Assembly: GCA_035084275.1 (NCBI GenBank)
Contig: CM068762.1
Span: 9,920,001-9,984,000, forward strand
DNA: 64,000 nucleotides
Source of the DNA: Hydrolagus colliei
Taxonomy: Eukaryota
Direction of reading: 5' to 3'
The notes below the pieces were generated by a model. It worked only from the letters and a program-made list of their open reading frames with translations, was not told where the DNA came from and made no database searches. This document shows, one piece after another, positions 13,588-27,378 of the stretch; position 1 is the first letter of the stretch, and every line of letters starts with the position of its first letter. Position numbers and translations under genes: made by a program.

Positions 13588-13899
13588 GGAGTCCTGTTTC
13601 TCAGTGGTTAGAGCACTCGCCGTACAAGTGAGAGACCTGTGTTTCGAATCCAGACAGGTCAGGGTGAAACTTTGGGCAAGTTTCCTTACTCCACATGTCT
13701 AATAATAATCCCTCCAAGAAAACCACCATAAATAAATTGGTCATTTCAACCACGACTGCTTGTGGGACACTGCTGTGTGCGCAATTAACTGCCGCGTTTC
13801 GCCCACAAATATACAGTCAATTCACTTTACAGTATATTCTGAGAAGCGCTTTGAGACATTTAGGAGACGTGAAAAGCGCTATATCAAATGCAAGGATTA
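13588..13899 (+). mobile_element. SINE family A, full length
   Basis: Consensus match. Confidence 0.9.
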
Positions 13900-16800
13900 T
13901 GTATGATAGAAACTCTAGTGTAGATTGCTATACTCTGCAGCACCTATAATCTGTCAGGATGGGTTTGGGCTATTGATGTCCATTCTCCTTTTTTGAGCCT
14001 TGTGTCCTTTATGGATCTACTCGACAGTTGTTGTAGAAATATTAGCGATATAATAAGGCCCTGTATAAAATGCTAAGATTATTATTATTAATTGAATTAT
14101 TAATTCTAAATGTCCAATTGAGATTTGATGTAAGAGCATTAATGCAAGAATTATTGAGGTCACCGAACAGGCTGAAAACTGGATTGAATTCTACAATCTA
14201 CAATCTATCTGTCTTACCTTTTTATTCATTAATTCTCCACACCGGAGGAAATTATGTCACGTTGAATGTATAGGTATATTATAGTGCTGCAAAGATTTCT
14301 TTTATAGAAGGATGAGATGCATGTGCACCGTGTCTGTTAAATTAAGTGGATAATAGGATAGTTACTTGTAAGATTTTTATAGATGCCAATGAATTGTGTT
14401 GATGTGATGAGAATAATCGCTCACACAGGCACACATCAATCCTCATAGCAGAGCTTCTGCCTCGTGAGTGGTGTGATTTATTCATTCCCAACCTGTACAT
14501 TGATATCAAAGCGAGTGTGTTGTGTCGTGAAGTGTAATTCACCTCCAGCGACAATTCGGCAGATTGTAAAATGTGGGAAGCCACAAATCACTGACATCTT
14601 TGGGCAGATTTAAAGCTTCTTCATCTGATGCTCCCCAAAAAGTTGTGATTTGACACTGTCTGTGCGTAGCCACGAACATTAGTGACCACTTAGAATATAC
14701 TGTAATATGATTAAAGTCAGTTTCGCCCACAAAACACACAGTGATTTCACTTTACAGTACATTCTGGAAGACGTGATGAGGCACTATATCAAATGCGAGG
14801 ATTATTATTATCATTAGTCATTTAAATTTACAATAGGCTATCAATTGATCATTGGTAAAGCAAGGACCTTTTAGTTCATTTTATTACACATGAAATCCTG
14901 TGAATTTAGAGCAGTAATGTGGTGGGGGGGAGGGGAGGGAGATGGGTGGGGGGGGGGAGTGGATGGGTAGTTTTGAGGAGCTTCAGTGTGTTTTTGCAGG
15001 CAGCTCAAAATTAAGCTCAGCTATTGTATTGTGAACAGCAAATGTCATCCAAAGACTCGCCAAACGTTTACTAGTTATATATCCAATCCAGGCAATAAAC
15101 TTCACCTGCTGCTAAGTGTAGGTACTATTGAGTTGAGTTTAATTGAACTCAAAGTTAGGTAGAAATAAGTATGGCTAACTGTAAAGATATCAGAAATGAA
15201 AGTGTAAGGAACACAGATTTTGAGCTACTATTTAATTGTGAATGTTCAAGTTATTACTATTAATAATATTATTATGAAGTTTAAAAATCCGTGAAGAATA
15301 TCATGTCCCCAAAAAAATGGGATCGTAACAAGTAATCCTTGCTGAAATATGATTAAGGAAATGTACCGATTTACTGAAATATTACTTTTTTTTAAAGTTT
15401 GGCTTACGATGATGTGGAATAAGTGGTGTGCTTTTAGTCACTTGATTTGCGAGGCTAAAATGTAAAGATCTTCAACACTTTCATTGAAAGGAATTTACGG
15501 TGCACGTTTCTTCAGCTAGTTGATGATTTAGCGCAACAACCTTGAATGCCCTAGAATTTAACTACTGCCTTTTATCCATCTGCGGTATAATTTGATTCTT
15601 CACATGGTGCCAATTTCAGTGTTATTGAAACGTCGCGTTCCATGATGTGTGATAAATAATGTTCCACATTCATTAATTCAGCTTGACACGGAACTTTATA
15701 TCTCGTAAGGAATTATTTGATGCCTCTTTGAAATTAATCAAAGCGAGCTTGAGCTCAGTCATAATGCGGCCGTGATAAAAAAAAAATCATTACAGTTTTG
15801 TTACGAAAACAAATGTTGATTTTGCTTTTATCGTCAGCCGGCCGGGGTGTCTGACCCATGCGGAAACCCAATCCAACGCGTTTGAGAGTCTCCAAACTGA
15901 ACTGAGAAAATCCATGCAGCCCACCTACACATTGGAAAACCCAGTGAGAGATTGTTGGAATGGAGTTCACACTGTTATTTGTACTGATATTGTGAGAAAA
16001 CTGGGTAAAATTGAATTAGGCGCAAGCCCCAAAAGAAATTCAGTTTTTCGAGTGTCAGTAAACTCCCTCTTTTCCAACCAGCCTGCGGAGCAATGTTCAC
16101 TGTGCAGTAGACTCCAGCTTTGTTATCTGCACACAGGTACGTGAGTCGAAAGGCACTAAATATCTCCCATCACCTATAAATAAAGCAGAACTTTGCACAA
16201 GGCACTCTTTTTTTCCTTTGCTTTGACTCGCCCCCCCAGTAACACTGACAATAATGTGACGTTGGTTGAATGACTAAATTGCTGGCTTAGAGAAGCTTGT
16301 GTGCACATAATCCTCCGTATTATTATCATCATCTTCTTCCAACTGAAGTGAGTGCCCTTGACCTACACCCGGTGGTCGGATCCTCCAGACACACGGCAAC
16401 AATAAGCCGTTCATCACCCGAGCCTGCTCCTGACTGTTTGCTCATCAGCTCACGTAGAGTGTTTGTCCCAGAAGGGCAAGGCTCTCAATTACATATCTAC
16501 TGGAAGAGTAAATCACGGCTGACTTGTGTAAAAAAACAAACATGCCACACACAAAGCAAGTGGAGCATCTGGCCTGCCACAGAGTGACGAAGCGTCAGCT
16601 ATGCTTTGATGTCCTTTCACTGGTTGCACTTCAAAACCATATTAGCAGAAGCCAATTATGGATTTCCGATGAAAGAAAAATTTGCGCTAAATGCTCTTCT
16701 TCTACGCCAAGGAAAATGAGAAAACCTTTAGTATTTTTCTTCATCGATTTCATTCTCCAGATTTAGTGTTGGAAAATCAAATGAGCTCTCAGATTCATCT

Positions 16801-17731
16801 GCACTTTACACATAAACGCTGCTGTGCACCTAAGCGATATTTGGGTGTTTTATCGAACACAAGGATTGTTAGTCATTCCTAAATATTAAGACATCTTAAA
16901 AGTGACTAGAGTAAAAAAAAAGCTTACTTTGATGTAGCATCAATTACGTTATAAAACTAAAAGTTTCAGTGAATTTCACCAATTCACTGAAATGTAGTAA
17001 TGTATGAAGTATCAAGCAGAAAGTATGAGGTGCAAAGATGAACAGATGTTTATCAGAGGGACTGGTGAAGAGAGATAGATGCTTTTAGAGTGTTTTGAAG
17101 GCGCAGAGACATTAGGAAATGGATTTCTAGCATCTGACAGCTTACCAGGAATGCAAACGACTTAAAACGATGCAGCTGCTTGGTAAAGATAATCCGTATT
17201 ATAAATTTGTACAGACTGAAAGCTACAATTGCACATTGTTTGGGAATATTCCTTCGCTTACAAATACACAGGCACGACACTTTACATTAAATCCTGTGAA
17301 GCGTTTTGAGATGTTTCGACCGACATGATAAGGCGCTATAACAAACGCGAGGATTATTAATATTATTATATTTAATACATGGAGCCCTTAGTTCTCATCT
17401 CTTGCAGTAAACCTTTACTACAGTTGTCGCAGCAATTTAAACACGTTATAAAATGGAGCTTTGCCAAGTTACGATCACAGTTATTAACTGCTTTGGAATG
17501 ATCATTGGCAGGCAATGTTAAATCACAATGCTTGCTGCAGGTTTGAATATGCATTTAGTTTTCTATCGAGCCGCATTTTTGTATGATAGCATATATTTTC
17601 CATATGACTACATTCAATTTTATTCCCAGTCAGCGCTCTGAGATGCTACTCACGTAAACGGCGCTATACAAACACAAGTTGTTGTAATTAACAATTTTGT
17701 TCAGTCTTGGAATTTAAAAAGACAGAAATAT

Positions 17732-18027
17732 TAATAATAATCCTTGCATTTGATGTAGTGCTTTTCACGCCTTCTAGACGTCTCAAAGCGCTTCACAGAA
17801 TATACTGAAAAGTGAATTGACTGTACATTTGTGGGTGAAACATGGCACCCAATTGTGCACAGCAGCGTCCCCGCAAACAGTTGTGGATTGAAATGACTAA
17901 TATTATGATTGTGTTTTTTTTTGGAGGAATTATTGTTAGGCGTGTGGAGTAAGGAAACTTGCCCATGGTTTCGCCCCGACCTGCCTGGATTCGAACACAG
18001 GTCTCCACTGATATCCACTGGACTCCA
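17732..18027 (-). mobile_element. SINE family A, near full length
   Basis: Consensus match; head partly deleted. Confidence 0.88.
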
Positions 18028-19994
18028 CAGACATGAGATTCACCAGAAATGTAACAGTGTGACTGCCTTTTGAGCTGCCTTTTGACCTTCATGCACCAGA
18101 CTTGCTTTGAAGACAATATAGAGTCATTCGTGATTAAGGTTAGACCTAAGGAGAAGACAGACGCAACCTGCCAATCGTCCCATTTTCAACAGCCACCTGC
18201 ACACCAGATGAATTGCTTTCAATAACATGTCAAAGACTCTTCCCCCTGTCCCGATCTTTATAAATCGACTATGAATAGATGTTTTTTCACTGGAGAAAAT
18301 TGAACACAAGTTGCGGAGATGGGCTCAGGTTATTTTCTTTATCCCGTTAATCTAAATGGAGCTTTAAATGAGAAGTAATGCCGATCAAGATTGCCTTTGA
18401 TCCGCAGAGACAGGTTCACTGAATATACGTTTCCATGACCGAGAAAGGAAAAGCCTTAGAGGATGATTTAAGAGCTTGTTTAACCCAAGACCATCACAGC
18501 CAAGCTCAATCTTAGCCTTATCCAAGATTCACCTGCGTGCACTATGCAGTCACTGAACGGTGATTGGGAATGAGGACTATTGTTATGGAGTGAGGGCTAT
18601 GGATTAAGCCCTTTTGTAGCTCAAGAACACTGAAGCCACTTGAATCTTCAACACAATATAATTTCTCTGAAATTTCCATTGGATTGCATTTCTTACATAT
18701 ATATATATTTCAAAGTACACTACAAAACAATGTGCTCGTTTCCAAATTCTTGCATTTGATACAGCTGCCGTACCACGTCTTCGGGACATCTCAAAGCACT
18801 TCACAGAATATAACTATAAGGTGTAGCGACTGTATATTTTGTCTGCAACAACAACATTACACTTGTATAGCGCCTTTCACGTCAGGGGGACGTCCCAAGG
18901 CGCTGGACAGTCACAGTGTCAGACCCAAGCTGGGGACGGGGTGTTGTGGGGGGGTGGGGGGGGGGGGGGGGGGGCAAGATCAGAATGCTTTCCAATATGA
19001 CAGAACAATAATTACCCTCGAGGAGTAAAAATTTAAGAGATGCAGCAGGAAAGTGGGATTGGACGAGGGTGCAGTAAATGTGATTAGAATGTGGCTGGGG
19101 CAGGTTTGATGGTCTGAATGTTCCTAACCTCCTGTTCCTCACCTCCTGTGCTCCTACAATGTACAGTAGTATGAACTAGATTCAAAAAGACGTGGGATTA
19201 GAGCACAAGTCCTTATGAGATCTCGAGTACTTGTGGGGGCTGCGTTCGTATCATCTTACCTCCCACGTCTGACAGCCTGTCAGCCAGGCTCTTTGCAATT
19301 AGAGCAGCACTCTTGTCTGTGTGTCTGCGTAATACCGCCCTTGTTCTACGTTGAATAATTTAGTAGCTAATGTACAGGCAAAGGAGAGGTGCAGTAAGTC
19401 AGCCCTTATATCTCCCATACAAGCTACATCTGTCTGTGCAGAAGGCAAGCCGACCTGCTTGTGGATGTGATACCATTGCTTTCATTTTGTGTCACTTGAA
19501 TTCCCTCACAGCACAACACTGGTGGCGGATGCTTGACTGCTGTGGAACGGGACATGAATGGAAGGAAAGCAGTCTCACAGAGTGTGTGTTGGAATCCCAG
19601 ACAGACATTATTGCCTTGTTATGTTTTCCTCTGCGTCTTTTATTCCCCGTTTATTGGCCGTTGGATAAAAGGGTAATACAGTGTGTGCATTTCTATGCGG
19701 TTCACTCTCAAAGCAGACTGACAAAAGCCATGAATAAAATATGAAATTATGCATGTGATGTAGCGAGCAGTAATAATACAGTTCACATTTTCCAAGATAC
19801 AAACGCTGCCTATTATGGGACCTCATTCTCTTTACCGTTTCTCCTGTTTATCTCCTGTCATCTCACAGCAGACATCCCAGAAGATTTAGACGCTGATGGA
19901 AGAATGGAGGTGCGCACAGTGTCAAATGCTTAAGACTTTTATTTCAAATGGATCTAATCATGTAATCATTCTAACAGGTATTTTAAAATGAATC

Positions 19995-20310
19995 CTATTC
20001 CTTGCCTTTGCCACAGGGCCTTTCATGCCGGGAGGACATCACAAAGCGCCTGACAGAATTTACTGCAAAGTGCAGCAATTGCGTGTTTTCTGGGTGAAAC
20101 GTGGCAGACAATTTGTGCAACGTGACGTACCAACAAACATCCACAGAGGCAGGGAGCTATTTTATTTGGGGGAGTGTTGGTCAGGATACAGGGACAAACT
20201 CTTTTCTTTTTAAGTAGAACCATGGGATCTTTAACAACCACCTGAGCAGGCGGAAGGGACCTCAGTGTTGACATCTCATCCCAATGAGGTCACCTCCAAC
20301 ACTGCATTCC
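19995..20310 (-). mobile_element. Older Deu-type SINE (family B)
   Basis: catgggatctttaacaaccacctgagcagg...tgacatctcatcc is the reverse of the DeuSINE core; L2-like tail. Confidence 0.65.
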
Positions 20311-20943
20311 ACCCAACCCTCCGAATGCTTTTTAATGTTGCGGATTGATTTTTCAGCCCCTTTATAATGTGTGAGGACGAAACGTCCTGCTTGATGTACT
20401 TTTACAAATAAAACAGTAACATTATTTCACTCTTTTCTTTTAATACTTTATCTAATGCCAGTGCCAAGCATTGAAAGAACTGAGCAAGGTCGCAATCATT
20501 AATCGGCGCAAACTATAATGTTCGCCTGGAGTAGAGGGATGGAAACCAGATGATCAATCATAAACCTTTAAGGCAGAACCTTAAAAGGGAACCAAAGGCT
20601 TGACTCCTGTGTGCAAGGATTATTAAGTCCAATTAATAAGTTTGATCAGGGGGTGCTGATCTTTTCAGATACTTTGGTGAGATTGAGTGGGATTGAACGG
20701 ACAGCTAGCTGTGAGAGCCAGCGCAGACTCGATGGGCTGAACAGCCTTCTACTCCTCTGCAAATTTTGTATGATTTTGCTTCAGACCAATCAGTGGTGCA
20801 TGAATTTCTCCAAATTATTCCATTTTGTATCTCAAAATTGTTTATCCAAATACTATAATGCTATTGAAGATTACCGATTTCTACAATTCACACAGGGAAT
20901 GGGTTAGACATCTGCCACAAAATTGATGACAATAACTTATCTT

Positions 20944-22027
20944 TAGGTATGCTTTGCGATATATATCGGTATATCGCTAAAACCCGATATGATTTTCATA
21001 TTGATATGCCGATATAGACATTTTAAAAAATCGATATATCGAAAAACGATATATCGAGGTAAAAAATTGGGATGCGAGCACAATCAACTACAAGACCCAG
21101 AATGCTCACCTCTATACACAATGCACAGACCGAGGTGCAAAGCCGCCATCTTGTATTCATAGTCCTCGAATACAATATACAGGTATGCAAGGGGTGGGGG
21201 GAGAGAGACGGCTGTGGGTGGGGGGTTGAGGGGGAGAGAGACTGCTGGGGGGGGGGGGGGGGAGAGGGGGAGAGAGATGGCTGGGGGGGAGAGGGGGAGA
21301 GAGACGGCTGGGGGGGGTAGGAGAGGGGGAGAGAGACGGCTGGGGGGAGGCGGAGATAGACGGCTGAGGGTGGGAGAGGGGGAGAGAGACGGCTGGGGGG
21401 GCGGAGAGAGATGGCTGGGGGGGAGAGGGGGAGAGAGACGGCTGGGGGGAGGGGAGAGAGACGGCTGGGGGGGGAGGGAGAGAGAGACGGCGGTGGGGGG
21501 GGGGAGGAGAGGGGGAGAGAGACGGCTGGGGGGAGGGGGAGAGAGACGGCTGGGGGTAGGGGGAGAGAGACAGCTGGGGGGAGAAAGACGGCTGGGGGTG
21601 TGAGAGAGACGGCTGGGGGGGGAGGGAGAAAGAGATGTCTGGGGGGGGTGGGGAGAGAGACGAAGGGGGTGGGGTTGTGAGAGAGGGGCGGGCGGGGGGG
21701 GGTGGGGAGAGAGACGGGGTGGATGTGATAATATACAGATAGATAGAGAGTGGGGGGGTTGTGAGAGAGGAGAGAGGGAGAGAGACACACAGACACACAG
21801 ACAGAAAAACACAGAGATGGAGAGAGTGAGAGACACAGAGAGAGAAAGATATTTACCTCCTGAGAAGATAGGCCCCGAATGCGCGCGCATCCGAAATGCG
21901 CGCGCACCGGGAATGCGCGCGCACATACGCAGTACGAAAAAACTTAAAATATCAATATTTCGGTATATCTCGATATGAGCTGACCAATATATCCATATCC
22001 GGAAAATTCCCATATTGCCGTTCCCTA
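20944..22027. mobile_element. Probable non-autonomous DNA transposon (hAT-like TAGG...CCCTA ends, CGATAT subterminal repeats)
   Basis: Left end taggtatgctttgcgatat; right end reverse-complements to tagggaacggcaatat. Dense CGATAT/ATATCG motifs at both ends. CpG-rich relative to the flanks. No TSD found. Confidence 0.55.
21190..21790 (+). repeat. G-rich minisatellite, unit ~ GAGAGAGACGGCTG(G)nAGAGGGG (about 20-30 bp)
   Basis: About 20 imperfect units. Explains the Pro/Ser- and Gly/Arg-rich spurious ORFs at 21023-22034. Confidence 0.92.
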
Positions 22028-23019
22028 ATTCCAAGTAGCTTTTTCTATATTCATATTAATTAAAACTAATACCCATACGCAGGATACAAAAGGTGGCAGG
22101 AGCCATAAGTAGACAGAGATGCCTCTTCAGAATACCTGATGGAATAGGAGTTATCAGTCTAGAAAGGATGAAACAAGATCTGTCATTGTAACGTGGATAA
22201 AGATCAGTGAGTTGTCTGACTTCTACAAGTAGAGGCTAATTTACTCATTTTATTTCTGCCTAAAATGTGAATTCTGCCAAATGTGCGTTGGACGACAAAA
22301 TATCTTTGTCACCTTCACAGATACATAGGGTCATCCAATTGTGACCTACGACTGATCTGTTTCTGATATAAGTTGTGGGAAGTGAGATATTTTGCGCAAC
22401 AATGATAACTTGCATTTTTATAATGTCTTGCAGCACTGAACAATTGCTTGGTTTGTTGCCAAGCTGAGGAGAAAGCGGAGGCAACCTTAGACACAGTTCA
22501 AGAGGAGATGATATATCATTGCAAATATAAGAGAGATATCGGCAAGCTTTTGAATCAGAATTTTAACTTTATTGAATAGAAATTCAAAGGTGTGTCTCAT
22601 TTAGAATCAAAAAGGTTGATTTAGCCCACGTATAGAAATTTAGCCCTTGGTTGAAAATGTGCATTGTGCCATTTGAACTGATTTTGGAATGTCACTTCTT
22701 TATTCATCTGATCGAAATTCAGATCGAATTTCAGATTGAAATTCGGTTCAATATCCAGGCAACAGCCTACTCTTTGTTCTAGGCAGACAACTGGCTTTGA
22801 GTAAATGCGTCTGGAAGTGTGAATTAATTGCATATTTGAGATGCAATTAGCCATAAAGTAAGTGTTACAATCTGTGCTTTTCTGCAAATCATTGCACACC
22901 CATCAATACTAAGATTGCAGAAATTTCTGACAAGTAGACAGACTGTACCCACTATCCTTTCTTGTTTCGCACACAAAATAAAAATATCCCATTCAACGAA
23001 TAATAATAGTAATAATACT

Positions 23020-23337
23020 GATTTGATTATCACGCATTTGAGATAGCATCTTATCACGTCTTTTAGACGTCTCAAAGCGCTTCACAGAATAAACTGCAAA
23101 GTGAATTGACTCTATATTTTTGGGTGAAACGCGGCACAGCAATTGCGCACAGCAGTGTCCCACAAACAGTCATGGGTTGAAATGACCAATTTTTTTTATT
23201 ATTGTGTTTTTTAAAAAAATGACTATTATTAGGCGTGTGGAGAAAGGAAATTGCCCAAGGTTTCGCCCTGGCCTGGAATCGAACCCGGGTTTCTCGCTTG
23301 TAAGGCAAGTGCTCTAACCACTGAGCTACAGGATTCC
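23020..23337 (-). mobile_element. SINE family A, full length
   Basis: Consensus match. Confidence 0.9.
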
Positions 23338-23519
23338 AATAAGATTATTGTTTTGCAAGAGGGGAGGATTTAATTTTAATCAATGTTTAATGATGTTAAA
23401 ACGGCAGTCTGGGATTTCTCGAAATGATTTTTGATTTGACAAAAACGTCACGTTATTGAAGGCTACTCTAAATAAAGCAAGCTCTTGTGCTATTTTGCAC
23501 CAACTATAACACTGTTGGT

Positions 23520-23735
23520 ATAACAGCAACAACAATGACTTACATACATATAGAGCCTCTCGCTCAGGGCAGCGTCCCAGAGAGTTCGACATGGACCCAG
23601 AACTGGAGGGAGTGCGACAGGTGAATACAAGTATGGTCTTCAGGCTTGACCTGAAGATGGGGGAAGGAAGGGCAAGGTAGAACAATAGAGGAACGAGCGT
23701 TCCAGAGTTTTTGGGGCATAGTGGCTGAAAGCCAC
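23520..23735 (-). mobile_element. L2 LINE 3' fragment
   Basis: (CAA)n tail, then degraded ...APKTLER/FRSSLKTILV, similar to the other L2 ORF2 ends in the window. Confidence 0.65.
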
Positions 23736-24693
23736 TATGCCCCATAAGACTGCTGGTTGCAATTTGAAGAAGAAAACCAAATCAATGCTAATTAATATTA
23801 TTGTATAATCCACATTACCGTATTGATGATACATTCACTCGTTAAAATCTGTCATGAGCAATGTGAGGGCTGATTTTGGGGATGGCAGAAATGATATGTC
23901 AGTCTCACTATAATCTACACCGTGAGTGGGAAAGCACTAGGGTGCCGTACAACACCTAAATTCGCCCGAATGAAAGAACGGTATCAACAAATCTAAGCAA
24001 ACGTCATTTCATTAAATTTTCCGAGCTCATCTGTCACACAGGATTTTTCCAGAGGAGAATAATCTAAGTGGCTTTGATGAGTAAACTGTAAAGATTAATT
24101 GCACACTTGTGGCTGCCTGTCAAGCATGAGTGCTTTGAACTTCTGAGATAAAGTAGTGATCCATATTTATAAAAAGATACATGTTAGGTTTTACTTGTTA
24201 GGGAACACATCTATACACAGTCAATTGCACTTTACAGCATATTCTGTGAAACGCTTTGAGATGTGAACAGCGCTATATCAAATGCAAGGATTATTATTAT
24301 TATTATCTTGAAGACGTGGTAAATGCTTTATCAAAATGTAAGGATTATTATCATAAAAACAAAAAGGAACAAACTTTGCTGCCTTGAATAAGCATTTTCT
24401 TTAGAAGGTGAATTTGGTGCAGTGGAGATTAATTACACTCATTCATTCCATATGATTGTATTATTGAGGAATCCCATTAGAGTTTGGTTGGGATACTCTT
24501 AAGCACGCTGATATTGTTTCCGCTTGTGTCAGACACCCAGCTGAGACTGTGCACTACCCTTGCCCTGGCAGTTGAGATTAGCTAACTCAGGCGAGAGTAA
24601 TTCCCAGGGCACAGAAAATTAATTACTGGCCAATTGCTTCTGAGTAAACAGTGGTGTCGGAGATGTGTGGAACACCACAGCTCACCCTAACTC

Positions 24694-24720
24694 TGAGAGA
24701 GAGAGAGAGAGAGAGAGAGA
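24694..24720. repeat. (GA)n microsatellite
   Basis: Read directly. Confidence 0.95.
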
Positions 24721-25249
24721 CAAATCAAGCAGTACTTGCTGAAGCTGTGTTAACCACATGCTGTGTTTACCCTGCATTATAATTCCCTACTGAAAAGCAA
24801 GATCACTATTTAAGGCAGGCAGTTTCACTGCAATGTAACTGCGATCATTCATCATAAGCTTATTATACTTTTGCTAAATAATTTCCAGCCTCTCCGAACG
24901 AAATGTTCACGTTTGCCTTCGAGAAGCTCAACTTGTGCAAGTGGACACCAGTGACTGGTTTTTCACTCCCAACAATCCAGAGCAGGATTCCTTCCATGAG
25001 TGTTGGAACTGGAGTCATTGGCGAAGGTTCGAATCCAGCATCAATTTAATACACTGAACTCGCTTTGCCTCTCTTCCACTCCAGCTGCCAGACAGAATCA
25101 CCATACCAACAAAATTAAACTTGTAAAGGTACATTTGTAGAGTAGAAAGTAGCCTTTCACGTCGCGAGGGAGTCCTAAGGTGCTGAGCATCCTCAGCTGA
25201 GCGCTGCAGGACATTATTCTACATGGAGGTTGTTGTTTGTTGGGAAGGA

Positions 25250-25278
25250 TCACACACACACACACACACACACACACG
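25250..25278. repeat. (CA)n microsatellite
   Basis: Read directly. Confidence 0.95.
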
Positions 25279-27160
25279 TGTATCGAGTGGCGAAGGCAAA
25301 TCTAACGAGCTGTAGGAAATTAACCTGCTGCCAAAAGGAGAGGATGACGGTACAAAATGCACGGGTTTCAGATGGAGATGTTTCCGTTGCCGTTTCTAAA
25401 GTGCTGCGAGAATAATTACTCCTTCAATACAACATTAATTACAGCAGCTATTAAACATCAATGATGGGCCAAAGCCTTTTTGTTTTTACACACGCGATAG
25501 ATAATTTCACAAAACACTTAGGTGTTGTTGGAACAAGTGTCTTTCCTAAAGCTCCTGGAAACCTGCTGATGCTTTGTGCATTTTAATTGACGACTTGGTT
25601 TGTTGCAATCCTTTTTTAAGCACCTTTTTAGTGCCACAGGAGAAAGCATTTTATATTTGTAGGAATAAAACTGTCCTAAAGTAGGTCACAAACAGTACTG
25701 GATCTGACTCACATTTTACATCTTGTTTTTTAACATGCATAAGAGATGTTGGAGCCAATTAGAGAAAAATATTCAATTGGACTTCTCCAGTTCTGATGAA
25801 GGGCCAGACTTTAAGTGGTCTTTCTCTCTCTTTCATGTGTTCATGGACCAGAGAAATTCCCTGACACTGGTTGCAGCGTCAAGATTGCTGAGAGCAAAAG
25901 TTGATAAGTGTGACAAAAGGCATCTCACTCCAACTTTTATTGTTGCTGTGGTTTGCACCTAATATATATATATATATAATGCCCCAAAATGCAATTTACA
26001 TTATATTCTTTGCTGCTCTTTGAGACATCCTTCTGATGTGAAAGACGCTAATCAAATATAAGTACAATCTAATCATTATTATTTTCATTATATCCATTTA
26101 TCAGACTTGAATTCAGATTTCCCAGCATTTGCAATTTTTCTTCTCCTCTACGTCACATAATATTTTGTTCCACTTCAGTGGGTGGAACGTTGCATGGCTC
26201 AGCTCTCAAAGAACAAATTATTATTTCATGATGTGTCGAGGCCACGCTGCATGCGCACCGCTCCCTTGAGCAATTACACTAATGAATTGGATTGCATCAC
26301 CTAATGGAGGATGTGATGACCTGGTCTCCATTTGCTGTCTGCTTTGCACAGGATCAGGATTACATTGCATAAAACACAGGGGCTTGAAGAAAACTTGTGG
26401 AGTTGGGTTATACAATATACACAGTCACTATACCTTACAGTAAATCCTGTGAAGAGCTTTGAGATGTCCTCCTGGTATGGTCCTGATCAAATGTAACTAT
26501 TCTTCTTTTTCTTCTTCTGTCACCTTGTTTGGCCAACAGTCTGTACTCACTGTTTAGGTACATTTGTGACAAACGGTCCATTTGCTATTAAGATTGTGAC
26601 AATTTGCCCACAAAATACACAGTCAATCCACTTTACAGTACAACTAATAATAATAATCCCAATTATAATCAGATCACTCAAACCACGATTAGCTTGTGGT
26701 CACACTGCTGTCAATTCACTTTACAGTATATTCTGTGAAACGCATTGAGACACCACAAAGACGTGACAAGGCACTTTATTAAATACAAGGATTATTATTA
26801 TTATCCCGTGAAGGGCTTTCAGACATCTTGAGGACGTGACAAGGCGTTATGTCAATTGCAAAGAATTATTAAATTATTAAAGTTTGCTTTACCTGGGCTA
26901 GTATGAAGGGTGACGGCAATTTAATACACCTACAGTATTAGGTTACGTAAACTGGCTCCCACTGACCTTGCGGTGAAATGAACTGCACACATAATAAAGT
27001 AATCCTTCAGCAACTAGAGTTCCTAGAACTTGTTAAAAGTTATACAGCTCAAATGATTCATTACTGTTCAAATTAGTTTCCAGCCAACTGGTAAAGTTGG
27101 CTATTTTTGGAACATGATTTGATTTAGGCATTTCTCTTGCACATTGAGATGGTTCTCACT

Positions 27161-27378
27161 GAGTCCTGTAGCTCAGTGGTTAGAGCACTCGCATTACAAG
27201 TGTGAGACCTGTGTTCAAATCCACGCTGGTCAGGGTGAAACCTTGAGCAAGTTTCCTTACTCCACACACCTAATAATAATCCCTCCAAAAAATACACAAT
27301 AATCAAATTGGTCATTTCAATCCAAGACTGTTTGTGGGGATACTGCTGTGCGTAATTGGCTGCTGCATTTCACCAACA
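27161..27378 (+). mobile_element. SINE family A, 3'-truncated
   Basis: Head and core present. Confidence 0.88.

Noticed and set aside
20371-20388. GTGAGGACGAAAC, identical to part of a hammerhead ribozyme
   Set aside because: No CUGANGA box and no stems I/III nearby; only a 5-bp hairpin.
21023-22034. Long Pro/Ser- and Gly/Arg-rich ORFs (up to 316 aa)
   Set aside because: Stop-free reading of a G/C minisatellite in several frames; no sign of real coding.
25790-25830. TCTGATGAAGGG as a Penelope-type hammerhead core
   Set aside because: The closing stem II and GAAA are missing; at best a dead relic.
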